Assembly (NCBI GenBank): GCA_050187175.1 | Contig: JBFWXS010000002.1 | Span: 7,602 to 71,601, forward strand | Length of the DNA stretch: 64,000 nucleotides | Direction of reading: 5' to 3' | Origin: Burkholderiaceae bacterium | Lineage (GTDB): Bacteria > Pseudomonadota > Gammaproteobacteria > Burkholderiales > Burkholderiaceae_E | Shown: positions 26,327-35,942 of the stretch, one piece after another | How positions within the stretch are numbered: the first letter of the stretch is position 1 | Layout of the letters: every line of letters starts with the position of its first letter | Notes under the pieces: model-generated | Database searches by the model: none | Seen by the model: only the letters and a program-made list of their open reading frames with translations | What the model was told of the DNA's origin: nothing | Position numbers and translations under genes: made by a program

Positions 26327-27205
26327 ATGAGCAAGGAACGAGGCTACAGAAGCATCTGGTCGCATCTGGCGACCGTGCCGCATCGGCAGGACTGGATCAC
26401 GACCGGCGATTTCAGAACGCGCTATGTCGAGGCCGGCCAGCGCGGAAGGCCGGCGCTGATCATGATTCACGGAACCGGCGGATCCTGGGAGGCTTTCTGC
26501 GCCAACCTGGGTCCGCTGTCCGAGCATTTCCACTGCTTCGCGCTGGACATGATCGGTTGCGGCTACACCGAGAAGCCGGATCGGCCGTACGAGATCTCCG
26601 AGCACGTCGCGCAGCTGATCGACTTCATGCGGGCAAAGGAGATCGAGCGCGCGTCCTTCATCGGGATCTCCATGGGCGCCTGGATCGCCAGCCGCTTCGC
26701 CCTCGCGCATCCGCGGCAGACCGACAAGCTGGTGCTGCTGTCGGCCTTCGGACTGTCCGACGACAAGGAAGAGATAGGGGCGATCATCACGCGCCGCGGC
26801 AAGGCGTTCGAGGAGCCGAGCTGGGCGAGCGTCAAGGAGATCTTCGGCAGGCTGATCTATGCCGAAGAGAATCGCATCGACGATCTGATCGGCCTGCGCC
26901 TGCAGACCTACTCGCAAGCGTCCATGAAGGCGGCCGGGGAGAACGTCCTGGCTGTGTTCAAGCCGGAGTTCCTGGCGCGCAATCTGATCAGTCCCGACGA
27001 ATGGCGCTCCATCTCCGTACCCGCGCTGGTCGTCGCCTCCGTCGATGACAAGCCGCTGTACGCGAACACTGCCAGGGCGGTCGCCGGCTTGATTCCGAAG
27101 GCGACGCTGGTCGAGATGCGGCAGGTCGGGCACTGGCCGCAGTTCGAGAACCCCGAGCCGCTGAATCGACTGGTCATCGAGTTCCTTGGGGACGGCCGCG
27201 CATGA
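26327..27205 (+). CDS. alpha/beta hydrolase, meta-cleavage-product hydrolase (MhpC/BphD)-like
   Basis: IHGTGG, DMIGCGYTEKP, GISMG, GHWPQFENP. Confidence 0.85.
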   Translation: MSKERGYRSIWSHLATVPHRQDWITTGDFRTRYVEAGQRGRPALIMIHGTGGSWEAFCANLGPLSEHFHCFALDMIGCGYTEKPDRPYEISEHVAQLIDFMRAKEIERASFIGISMGAWIASRFALAHPRQTDKLVLLSAFGLSDDKEEIGAIITRRGKAFEEPSWASVKEIFGRLIYAEENRIDDLIGLRLQTYSQASMKAAGENVLAVFKPEFLARNLISPDEWRSISVPALVVASVDDKPLYANTARAVAGLIPKATLVEMRQVGHWPQFENPEPLNRLVIEFLGDGRA

Positions 27206-28872
27206 CCGCATGTCTGAGCATTGTCGAGTCCCGGCCCGAGCAGGCGGTGCGCAGACTTTCCCTCGAGCAGACGCTGGAGCTGACACGCAGCGTGGCCGGC
27301 CCCCGTGATCTGCTGCCGCCGAGCACCGACGTGCTGATCGTGGGCGCCGGTCCGGTCGGCCTCACGGTGCTGAATCTGCTCGCCAGATACGGCATCTCGT
27401 GCACGGTTATAGAGCGGAACGAGCGGACCTCGGATCTGCCCAAAGCCATCGCGGTCGATGACGAATACCTCCGTCTGCTGGCCGGCCTGGGGCTTGCCGA
27501 CGCGGTGCATGCCCGCGCCTCCGCACCGTTCGGCGTCTTCTTCACGTCGGCGCGCGGCAGGCCGCTGGTAACCGTGCCGCCGTTCAGGACGCCCAACGGC
27601 TTCGGCAACCGGGTGGCGGTGAGCCAGCCCTTGTTCGAGCAGACGCTGCTTCAGGGTGTGCCCAGGCAGCACGCGAGCATCTGCTTCGGCGCCGAGTTCA
27701 CCGGCCTGTCGCAGGGCGCCGATCATGTAGAGGCGCGAGTTCGCGTGGGCGGCGAAGAACGGGCCCTCACGGCGCGGTATCTGCTTGCGTGCGACGGCGC
27801 CAGGAGTCCGGTTCGCACCGCGGTGGGCATCGACTTTCCGGGGCGGCGCATCGACGAGCCGCATCTGGTCGTCGACCTGGCGGAGTTTCCCGACGATACG
27901 CCGGGATCGCGGTTCTTCTGCGATCCGCGCCGCCCGATGAACAGCATTCCTGCGCCGTTCGGCGGCCGCCGTCTCGAGTTCATGCTGGCCCCCGGCGAGG
28001 ACCACGACTGGCTGATGTCCGACCAAGGCATACGCTGGCTGATCGACAACTTCAGCCCGTACCGCGGCCTGCAGCCGAAGATCATCCGCCGCGCCATCTA
28101 CGGATTCTCCGAGCGCATTGCCGATCGGATGCAGCAGGGCCGGGTATTCCTGCTCGGCGACGCCGCGCACGTCATGCCGCCGTTCGGAGGGCAGGGCCTG
28201 AACACGGGGGCGCGCGATGCAGCCAACCTGGCCTGGAAGCTGGCCTCGGTACTGCAGAAGAATGCCGACCCGAAACTGCTGAGCAGCTATGACGTCGAGC
28301 GGCGCGCGCAGGTCAGCCGGGCTGTCCGCTATTCCGTCAACGTCGGGCGCCTGGCCAATATCCGATCGCGGCCGCTGGCGCTGTTGCGCAACGCCGTAGT
28401 CCGTCTGCTGAACCAGTATCCGCCGGCGCGCGACTATCTGGCGCAGATGCGGTACGTGCCGCGCCCGCGGATCGACGAAGGCCTGCTCGTCACCGCCGGC
28501 GATGCCGCTGCGGACCTGGTCGGAACCGTCTTTCCGCGGCTCATGCTCGACGTCGACGGTGCGGCGATAACGTTCGACGAGTTCGTCGGATTCCGTCACG
28601 CACTGGTGGTTCTGGATCCGCCCGGCGGCTTTCGAGTCCCGCCGCAGCTCATCGATGCCATGTCGGGTGTCGTGCTGCCGATGCGCAGCGGCAAGTCCAT
28701 GCGAGGCCTGGCCGGTTGCACGGACCCGCTGCTGGATCGTCTGCTGCCGCAGCTTGCCGGCCATGCGGTGCTTGTACGGCCGGACCGCTACATCGCCGGT
28801 GCTGCGCCGGTGCAGGAGGCGGCCGGTCTGCTGAGCGCCTATCGGGACGCGTGGTCAGCTTCGGGGAGTTGA
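27202..28872 (+). CDS. FAD-dependent monooxygenase, MhpA (3-(3-hydroxyphenyl)propionate hydroxylase)-like
   Basis: GAGPVG, LPKAIAVDDE, CDGARSPVR, GDAAHVMPPFGGQGLNTGARDAANLAWKL, VRPDRY. Confidence 0.88.
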   Translation: MTACLSIVESRPEQAVRRLSLEQTLELTRSVAGPRDLLPPSTDVLIVGAGPVGLTVLNLLARYGISCTVIERNERTSDLPKAIAVDDEYLRLLAGLGLADAVHARASAPFGVFFTSARGRPLVTVPPFRTPNGFGNRVAVSQPLFEQTLLQGVPRQHASICFGAEFTGLSQGADHVEARVRVGGEERALTARYLLACDGARSPVRTAVGIDFPGRRIDEPHLVVDLAEFPDDTPGSRFFCDPRRPMNSIPAPFGGRRLEFMLAPGEDHDWLMSDQGIRWLIDNFSPYRGLQPKIIRRAIYGFSERIADRMQQGRVFLLGDAAHVMPPFGGQGLNTGARDAANLAWKLASVLQKNADPKLLSSYDVERRAQVSRAVRYSVNVGRLANIRSRPLALLRNAVVRLLNQYPPARDYLAQMRYVPRPRIDEGLLVTAGDAAADLVGTVFPRLMLDVDGAAITFDEFVGFRHALVVLDPPGGFRVPPQLIDAMSGVVLPMRSGKSMRGLAGCTDPLLDRLLPQLAGHAVLVRPDRYIAGAAPVQEAAGLLSAYRDAWSASGS

Positions 28873-28904
28873 TCGGCTGAGCTGCCGGATCCCCGACCGC
28901 CTCG

Positions 28905-29150
28905 CTATTCGCGGGGAGCGCTGGCCGGCGCGGGTGCCGCTTCGGCCTCATCGGCGTCGTGCCGCTTGCTCGAGCGGACCATCCATACGAAGAAAAGGGC
29001 GATGATGCCGACGAACAGCAGGACGAACAGGCCCACCACCACCGGACTCGCGGGAGCGGATGAGGCCTGGTCGGCGGCGCCTTGCGCCGATGCAGTCATT
29101 GCCACGAACGCCGTCAGCAGCGGGCTGGATTTCAGAAGAAGCTTGGTCAC
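28905..29150 (-). CDS. Small (81 aa) hypothetical protein: signal peptide plus single TM helix
   Basis: GTG at 29150 preceded by GGGAGG; AMTASA-Q cleavage-like site; hydrophobic PVVVGLFVLLFVGIIALFFVWMV followed by RSSKR. Confidence 0.6.
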   Translation of the reverse strand: MTKLLLKSSPLLTAFVAMTASAQGAADQASSAPASPVVVGLFVLLFVGIIALFFVWMVRSSKRHDADEAEAAPAPASAPRE

Positions 29151-29328
29151 GATACCTCCCGCCGTGCACGCGGATTGAATGGAGCGGACTGCGTGAATGC
29201 CGCGGCAGTCACGCTGCTCCTGGGGGAGGCTCGCCACGCTTCACGCATGCGTCCAGACTAGCGCGCGAAGCTTGCGGGGGACTTACATGGGACTGACGGT
29301 TCGCCTACGCGGGAACCGCTGCTGCGCC

Positions 29329-30033
29329 TTACGCGGCCGCTGACAGCCGCGCCTTCAGGAACGCCAGCATCTGCGCCCAAGACGCCGTCGCGGCGCGTTC
29401 GCGATACCGCTCGGGCATGATGAAGTTCTGGAATGCGTGGCCGGCGTCCTGATACGTATGAAACTCGTGCCACTTGCCGAGCCGCGTCAGTTCGGCCGAG
29501 AGCCGCTGCACGTCTTCCGGCGACGGATTCGTGTCCTGCGCGCCGAACAATCCGAGCACCGGGCACTGGATGTCCGCTGTGCGCTCGAACGGGCTGGGTC
29601 CGTCGCCGAGCGCCTTCATGATGTTGCCGCCGTAGAAGACCACCGCGGCTTGCAGCTCGGGCATCGAGCCGGCGGCGAGATAGGCGACGCGGCCGCCCAT
29701 GCAGAAGCCGATGATGCCTATCGGTCCGAGCTCGCGGCCGGCGCGCAGATGCGCGATGGTGGCGCGCAGGTCGGCGATGATCTCGTCGTCGCGCAGCAGG
29801 CTGGTCCGCTTCGTCGGATCCACGTCGGCGGCCTGCCGATGGTACAGCTCCGGCGCCGCGACGATGTAGCCGGCCCGGTGCAGGCGGTGCACGCCGTCCT
29901 GAATCTGTGCGTCCAGGCCGCCGCCGTGCTGCGCGATCAGCACTACGGGCTGCGGACCGGGCCGCTCCGGCGCGCCGACGTATATCCGCATCGGCTGGCC
30001 CTCGACTTCTGTGCTTTCCCAGTGGACCGTCAT
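29329..30033 (-). CDS. Dienelactone hydrolase family protein
   Basis: GFCMGG nucleophile, FYGG, FGAQD, AGHAF; ATGA overlap with upstream gene. Confidence 0.92.
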   Translation of the reverse strand: MTVHWESTEVEGQPMRIYVGAPERPGPQPVVLIAQHGGGLDAQIQDGVHRLHRAGYIVAAPELYHRQAADVDPTKRTSLLRDDEIIADLRATIAHLRAGRELGPIGIIGFCMGGRVAYLAAGSMPELQAAVVFYGGNIMKALGDGPSPFERTADIQCPVLGLFGAQDTNPSPEDVQRLSAELTRLGKWHEFHTYQDAGHAFQNFIMPERYRERAATASWAQMLAFLKARLSAAA

Positions 30034-30611
30034 GACTTTGCTTCCTTGATCTTGCGGTAACCGTGCATGTCGGGAAACGGCGGCGCGCGGCCGGCCTGCA
30101 GGTCGACCTCGGCGCTGTTCAGGCACATCGCCAGCATGGACCAGTAGCCGACCGAGCCGATCAGGTCGACCAGCGCTTCGTCGCCGAACATCGTCCGTGC
30201 CGCCGCGAAGGTCTCGTCGCTGACGAAGTGATTCTGCAGCAGTTCGGTCGCGAAGTCATAGTAAATACGTTCGTCGGCTTCCTGGAAGTCGGGGCGCCGT
30301 CCTTCTGCCAGCGCCTTCACCACATCGTGCGAGATGCCGGCGGCGATCGCCTTGTCCACGTGCGAGTTCCACGAATACTGCGCATCCCAGAAGCGCGCGG
30401 TCACCAGGATGCCGAACTCTCGCAGCTTCTCGGGCAGCTTGCAGTCCAGCCGCAGATAGGTCGCCAGCGCGGAGACCTTGTCCATCAGATCCGGGCTGTG
30501 CAGCCAGACGTAGTAGGGGCCGGTGACCACCTTGCGGCGCACCGCATGCCGCTCGAACGACTGTTTCTGCCGGTCGTCGAGATCGTCGTAGCCGAGCTTC
30601 GGAAGTCGCAT
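30030..30611 (-). CDS. Carboxymuconolactone decarboxylase/AhpD-like family protein
   Basis: GPYYVWLHSP, LREFGILVTARFWDAQYSWNSH, VDLIGSVGYW. Confidence 0.88.
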   Translation of the reverse strand: MRLPKLGYDDLDDRQKQSFERHAVRRKVVTGPYYVWLHSPDLMDKVSALATYLRLDCKLPEKLREFGILVTARFWDAQYSWNSHVDKAIAAGISHDVVKALAEGRRPDFQEADERIYYDFATELLQNHFVSDETFAAARTMFGDEALVDLIGSVGYWSMLAMCLNSAEVDLQAGRAPPFPDMHGYRKIKEAKS

Positions 30612-30628
30612 CGAATCAATCCGTCTTG

Positions 30629-31660
30629 TCAGTCCGCCTTGATACCGGTGTCGCGCACCAGTGCCGTCCATTTGGCCATGTCGCGCGCCAGCATGTCGGA
30701 AAAACTCTGCGGCGACTGCGGGTTCGCCACCCAGGCGTTGATCGCCAGCTGTTCCTGCACGTCGCGACGCTGCAGCAGCTTCTCGATCTCGGCATTCAGC
30801 AAGGAGACGACAGGCGGCGGGGTGCCGGCCGGCGCCAGTACGCCCATCCATGAGCTTGCCTCGAAGCCGGACAGGCCGGCGCTCTCGGCCACGGTCGGGA
30901 TTTCGGGCGCGAGCGGTGTGCGCTGCGCACTGGTCACGGCGAGGATCCGCAGCTTGCCGGACTTGGCATGCGGCAGCGCGGAGCCGAGCGAGATCGACAG
31001 GACCGGCACGTCGCCGGCCATCACGGGCATCAGCGACGGTCCGGACCCCTTGTGCGGAATGTGCAGCATCCTGATGCCCGCGCGCGTGCAGAACAGCTCC
31101 ATCGCCATGTGCGTCAGCGTGCCGCCGCCGCCGGAAGCGTAGGCCAGCGCGCCGGGTCTGGCCTTGGCTGACTCGATCAGCGCCGGCAGCGTCTGCGCCG
31201 CGAAGCCTGGGTGGACGGCGATGCATTGCGGACCGGAGGCCAGCGTGCCGACGGCGGCGAAATCCTTCAGCGGATCGTACGGCACCTCCTTGGTCAGCGT
31301 CGGTGCGATCAGGTGGACGTCGGCCGTCACCAGCAGCGTGACGCCGTCCGGGCTGGACTTGGCCACGCGGCCCGCGGCGATGATGCCGGAGGCGCCGGGC
31401 CGGTTTTCGACCACGAAGGGCTGGCCCAGCTGCTCGGTCAGGCTCTTGGCGACGATGCGCGCCATGATGTCGATGCCGCCGCCCGCCGCGAAGCCGACCA
31501 GGATGTGCACCGGTTTGTCGGGGTAGCTGCCGCGCGCGCTGCCTTGCGCGTACGCGGCGCCGAAGGCGAGGCTTCCCAGGCCGCTCAGTCCTCCCGCCAG
31601 CAGTCGGCGGCGACGCGATGCAGCGGCCGGAAAGGGAACGGATGACGCGTTCTTTGCCAT
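30629..31660 (-). CDS. Bug/TctC substrate-binding protein
   Basis: SRRRRLL Tat-like leader, YPDKPV, AGGGID..AR, ENRPGASG. Confidence 0.92.
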   Translation of the reverse strand: MAKNASSVPFPAAASRRRRLLAGGLSGLGSLAFGAAYAQGSARGSYPDKPVHILVGFAAGGGIDIMARIVAKSLTEQLGQPFVVENRPGASGIIAAGRVAKSSPDGVTLLVTADVHLIAPTLTKEVPYDPLKDFAAVGTLASGPQCIAVHPGFAAQTLPALIESAKARPGALAYASGGGGTLTHMAMELFCTRAGIRMLHIPHKGSGPSLMPVMAGDVPVLSISLGSALPHAKSGKLRILAVTSAQRTPLAPEIPTVAESAGLSGFEASSWMGVLAPAGTPPPVVSLLNAEIEKLLQRRDVQEQLAINAWVANPQSPQSFSDMLARDMAKWTALVRDTGIKAD

Positions 31661-31695
31661 GCAATGCTCCTCGGATGTATGGATAGCGGTGCGGA

Positions 31696-32862
31696 TCAGC
31701 CAGCGGCGCCGTCGTCCGATTTCAGGCTGGGCAGCCAGGTGGAAGGGGTGATGGCCGGGTTGCGCGCACGCTTCTCCAGCCAGTAGCCGTACATGGGCAC
31801 GATGTCGGCGAACGGCGAGGGGACGCCGAGCTTCTGTGCCGCGTCGATCGGCCAGTTCGGGTTGTGCAGCAGCTCGCGGCCCAGCGCGACCAGATCGGCC
31901 TGCCCCTGCCGCACGATCGCTTCGGCGTGGTCGGCATGTACGATCAGGCCGACGGCCATGGTGGGGACGCCGGCCTCAGTGCGGATGCGCCGCGCATGGT
32001 CGACCTGATAGCCATAGGTCAAAGCCGAGTCGACCGGTGCCTGCTTGCCCATGCCGCCGGTGCTGCAGTCGATGACGTCGACGCCGACCGCGTGCAGCGT
32101 CTTCGCGAGCGCGATGCTGTCGTCGATCGTCCAGCCGCACTCATCGATGGCCGAGATGCGTACGAACAGCGGCTTGTGTTCGGGCCAGCCGCGCCGTACG
32201 CGCTGCACGATTTCCACGGCGAAGCGCATGCGGTTCTGCAGCGAGCCCCCGTAGGCGTCCTGGCGGCGGTTCGATTCGGTCGACAGGAACTGGTGAATCA
32301 GGTAGCCGTGGGCGCCATGCAGCTCGAGCACCTCGAAGCCCGCTTCGTCGGCGCGGCGTGCCGCCTGACCCCAGGCCTCGACCTGCGCGTCGATGTCGTC
32401 CACGCTCATCTCGCTCGGCACGGCGTAGCCGGGCGCATGCGCGACGGCGCTGGGGCCGATCAGCTGCCATGGCTCGCCGTGATCGACGCCGGGGACCTCA
32501 CCGAGCGGCGCGCGCCCTTCCCAGGGCAGCGACTGGCGCGCCTTGCGGCCGGAGTGGCTGAGCTGGATGCCGGGTACGGCGCCGAAGCTGCGGATCGCTG
32601 CGCTCAGGCGCTGCAGCTCGGGAATGAATGCATCCTTCCAGATGCCGGCGTCGCGGATCGTCGAGCAGCCGTCGGCCGAGACCTTGGTCGCCTCCATGAA
32701 CACCAGTCCCGGCCCGCCCGCGGCCACCTTGCCCAGATGGATCAGATGCCAGTCGTTGACGTGGCCCTTGTTCGCCGAGTACGTCAGCATCGGCGAAGCC
32801 ACGATACGGTTGCGCAGCGTGATCCCGCGAATCTGCAGCGGGCTGAAGAGTGCTCGATCCAT
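31696..32862 (-). CDS. NADH:flavin oxidoreductase/Old Yellow Enzyme (YqjM/NamA-like)
   Basis: LFSPLQIRGITLRNRIVASPM, IQLSHSGRKA, ELHGAHGYLIHQFLS, NRRQDAYGGSLQNR. Confidence 0.93.
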   Translation of the reverse strand: MDRALFSPLQIRGITLRNRIVASPMLTYSANKGHVNDWHLIHLGKVAAGGPGLVFMEATKVSADGCSTIRDAGIWKDAFIPELQRLSAAIRSFGAVPGIQLSHSGRKARQSLPWEGRAPLGEVPGVDHGEPWQLIGPSAVAHAPGYAVPSEMSVDDIDAQVEAWGQAARRADEAGFEVLELHGAHGYLIHQFLSTESNRRQDAYGGSLQNRMRFAVEIVQRVRRGWPEHKPLFVRISAIDECGWTIDDSIALAKTLHAVGVDVIDCSTGGMGKQAPVDSALTYGYQVDHARRIRTEAGVPTMAVGLIVHADHAEAIVRQGQADLVALGRELLHNPNWPIDAAQKLGVPSPFADIVPMYGYWLEKRARNPAITPSTWLPSLKSDDGAAG

Positions 32863-32867
32863 GTTCC

Positions 32868-33851
32868 TTAGTCGGCCTTGATGTTCGCGGTCCTGATGAC
32901 GCTCTGGTACTTGGCCATGTCCGACTTCATCAGGGCGCCGAACTGCTCCGGCGTCGTATACCAGGCTTCGATGCCTTGCGCAGCGAGCGTCTGCCGGGTC
33001 TCGGCTTGCGCGAGCAGCGCCGACATCTCGGCCGACAGGCGGTTGACGATCTCCGGCGGCGTGCCGGCCGGCGCGAACAGCCCCAGCCACACCTTGACAT
33101 CGAAGTTCGGCATCCCGGCCTCGGTGAAGGTCGGCACGTCCGGCAGTGCCGCCAGCCGGCTGTCGCCGGTCACCGCCAGCGCCTTCAGCTTGCCGGTCTT
33201 CACATGCGGGGCAACCGGCGCGGGCGGTACGAGGAATAGCTGCACCTGTCCGCCGATCAGCTCGGTCACGGCCGGCATCGCGCCCTTGTACGGGATATGC
33301 TGCATCTTCAGTTCGCTGAGCATGTTGAACAGCTCGCCGCCCAGATGGCTCGGACTGCCGGTGCCGTAGGACGCGAAGTTCAGCTGCCCCGGCCGCGATC
33401 TCGCCAGCTGCACCAGCTCTCGCACATTGTTCGCCGCCAGCGACGGCGTGGCCGCCAGGACCATGGCGCTGGAGGTCAGCGTGGCGATCGGCGCGAAATC
33501 CTTGATCGGATCGAACGGTGCGGGCGTCAGCATCGGCGTGATCACGTGCGTGCTGCCGGCCAGAAGCAGCGTGTAGCCGTCCGGTGCCGCTCTCGCCACG
33601 AAGTCGGTGCCGATCAGCGTGTTGCCGCCCGGTCGGTTCTCGACGATCACCTGCTGGCCGAGCTTCTCGTGGATCCGTTGCCCGACCAGGCGAGCGAGCA
33701 GATCGGTCTGCCCGCCCGGTGCGAACGGTACGATCAGCCGGATGATCTTCGACGGATAGGCGGAAGCGGATTGCTGTGCGACGGCCGCCGTGCAGAACAG
33801 CGTCGCTGCACCCAGCACGGCCAGTTTCGCCATCGTCCTGCGACGCATCAT
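32868..33851 (-). CDS. Bug/TctC substrate-binding protein
   Basis: YPSKIIRLIVPFAPGGQTDLLAR, ENRPGG, PDGYTLL, HIPYKG. Confidence 0.92.
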   Translation of the reverse strand: MMRRRTMAKLAVLGAATLFCTAAVAQQSASAYPSKIIRLIVPFAPGGQTDLLARLVGQRIHEKLGQQVIVENRPGGNTLIGTDFVARAAPDGYTLLLAGSTHVITPMLTPAPFDPIKDFAPIATLTSSAMVLAATPSLAANNVRELVQLARSRPGQLNFASYGTGSPSHLGGELFNMLSELKMQHIPYKGAMPAVTELIGGQVQLFLVPPAPVAPHVKTGKLKALAVTGDSRLAALPDVPTFTEAGMPNFDVKVWLGLFAPAGTPPEIVNRLSAEMSALLAQAETRQTLAAQGIEAWYTTPEQFGALMKSDMAKYQSVIRTANIKAD

Positions 33852-34027
33852 GGCATTGTCTCCATCTTGTGGGTTCATTCTTCGATGGTAGGCCGTGCGG
33901 CGCTTCGCCAGAAGGCCCGGCACCGAATGTTCAGCCGGCTGATATGCGGCGCGCGAACGTGCCGATGCATGGCGGGCCTTGATTATCATCGCTACCGTTC
34001 ATGCCTTTCCTGTGCGGAGGTGATCTC

Positions 34028-35110
34028 TTGGTCCATGGGCGAACGAAGCATGTCTTTGCCGGCGGCGACTACGATCACCGAGCCAGCAGCGGACAGGAAG
34101 CGCGCGGCGGCCTGTTCCGGATGGCCGCGGACGGCGGTGACTGGCAGGCGCTCACGCAAGGCCTGCCGCGCGATGTCGAGGCTCGCGCGTTCGCGGTGCA
34201 TCCGTTCGACCGCCGGCTGCTGTTCGTCGGCACGCAGGACGGGCCGTACCGAAGCGCTGACGGCGGCGACCATTGGGAGCGTCTGGATTTTCCTGACCGT
34301 GCTGCGCCGATCTATTCCGTCAGTTGCCATCCGGCGCGGCCTGAAGTGATCTATGCGGGCGCCGAGGGCGAGGGTTCGGCCGTGTATCGCAGTCAGGACC
34401 GCGGCGACCGCTGGCAGCGCCTGCCCGCCGCCGCTCCTCCGGGCCATTGCCGGATGAGCTTTCCGCCGCGCGTGATCTGCATCACCGCCGACCCGTCGCG
34501 GCCGGACGATCTGTATGTCGCGTTCGAGATCGGCGGCGTGATCCGCAGCTCGGACGGCGGAGAGAGCTTCAGCGACGTATCGGCCTCGCTGATCCGGCTT
34601 GCCGAGCAGCCGGGACTGAAGAACCGCAGCGAGTCGGACACCGATGCCGAGGGCCTGCTCGATTCCCACGCCGTCGTGATCAGCCGCGCCATGCCCGGCA
34701 CGCCGTTGCTCGGCAATCGCATGGGTCTGTTTCGCGGCGACGACCGCGGCGCGCGCTGGTCCGACATGCAGCTCGGCCGCTTCTCGCCGCTCACCTATTG
34801 CCGCGGTGTCGCCGTGTCGCCGCATGCGCCGCGCACGCTGTACGCCACGCTGTCACCGGCCGCCCGCAGCACCGACGGCTCGCTGTACCGGAGCGACGAT
34901 TTCGGCCAGTCGTGGCGCCGCTTCGATCATGGCGTGCAGGCGGACGCGACGATGGTCGGCGTGGCGCCGGATCTCGATGATCCCGCGCGTGTCTATTGCG
35001 CGTCGCGCAGCGGGCAGATCTTCGTCACTGCGGACGACGGCCGCAGCTGGCGGGAAACGCGGCTGCCGGCCAAGGTCATGCAGCGCGTCCGCTTCGTTGC
35101 GTGCAATTGA
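34028..35110 (+). CDS. BNR/Asp-box repeat beta-propeller protein of unknown function, no signal peptide
   Basis: Repeated S-x-D-x-G-x-x-W boxes (RSADGGDHW, RSQDRGDRW, RSSDGGESF, RSDDFGQSW, TADDGRSW); TTG at 34028 follows GGAGG (alternative ATG 34001). Confidence 0.8.
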   Translation: MVHGRTKHVFAGGDYDHRASSGQEARGGLFRMAADGGDWQALTQGLPRDVEARAFAVHPFDRRLLFVGTQDGPYRSADGGDHWERLDFPDRAAPIYSVSCHPARPEVIYAGAEGEGSAVYRSQDRGDRWQRLPAAAPPGHCRMSFPPRVICITADPSRPDDLYVAFEIGGVIRSSDGGESFSDVSASLIRLAEQPGLKNRSESDTDAEGLLDSHAVVISRAMPGTPLLGNRMGLFRGDDRGARWSDMQLGRFSPLTYCRGVAVSPHAPRTLYATLSPAARSTDGSLYRSDDFGQSWRRFDHGVQADATMVGVAPDLDDPARVYCASRSGQIFVTADDGRSWRETRLPAKVMQRVRFVACN

Positions 35111-35116
35111 TCGACC

Positions 35117-35941
35117 ATGCTGGATTCAGCATTGATGCCCATCGCTGCGCCTTCACGGGCGGAGCTCGCCGCCGCAGCGCCGCGAACGATCCGCGAGCAC
35201 ATCCGCGCCGGCCGCTGGCGCGGGCATACGAAGGGGCTGGCGGTCGGCTTTCACCAGGCCAATCTGATCGTGGTGCCGCACGCGAATGCGTTCGACTTCA
35301 TGCGTTTCTGCCAGCGCAATGCGGCCGCCTTTCCGCTGATCCACGTCACCGACCCCGGCGATCCCAGCCTGGATGCGGTCGCTGAAGGCGGCGACGTGCG
35401 CACCGATATCGGCTGCTATGACGTCTACGAGAACGGCGAGTTCAGCGGCAGCGTTACGCATCTGAACGATCTGTGGCGCGCGGATCACGTCGCATTCCTG
35501 ACCGGCTGTGCGATCTCGCTCGAGCGGCCACTGCGCGAAGCCGGCATCCTTCTGCCGCAGGCCGCCGGTGACGAAGGGCCGTCGCCGATGTTCATGACGC
35601 GCATCGCCTGCAAGCCGGCCGGCGTGTTCGCCGGTCCGCTGGTGGTGGGGCTGCGCATCGTGCCGGACCGGTACGTGGTGCCGATGACGGCGGTCACCGC
35701 CCGGCATCCGGACTGCCACGGGGCTCCGGTGCACATCGGCGATCCTGCCGGGATCATCGATCGCTTCGACACGCCCGACTGGGGAACGCCGCGCAGCGTT
35801 CCAGCCGGCCATACCGCGATGTTCTGGGCCTGCGGCATGACGGCGCAAGCGGCCGCCATGAAGGCGCGCTTGCCGGAGCTGATCACGCAGTCGGTCGGGC
35901 ACATGCTCGTCACCGACCTGCCGGTGACGGTGGGGCGCTGA
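35117..35941 (+). CDS. DUF1445/D-glutamate cyclase family putative hydro-lyase
   Basis: QANLIVVP..AFDFMRFCQRN, DVRTD, FLTGC, HGAPVHIGDP, FWACGMT, GHMLVTD. Confidence 0.85.
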   Translation: MLDSALMPIAAPSRAELAAAAPRTIREHIRAGRWRGHTKGLAVGFHQANLIVVPHANAFDFMRFCQRNAAAFPLIHVTDPGDPSLDAVAEGGDVRTDIGCYDVYENGEFSGSVTHLNDLWRADHVAFLTGCAISLERPLREAGILLPQAAGDEGPSPMFMTRIACKPAGVFAGPLVVGLRIVPDRYVVPMTAVTARHPDCHGAPVHIGDPAGIIDRFDTPDWGTPRSVPAGHTAMFWACGMTAQAAAMKARLPELITQSVGHMLVTDLPVTVGR

Positions 35942-35942
35942 C

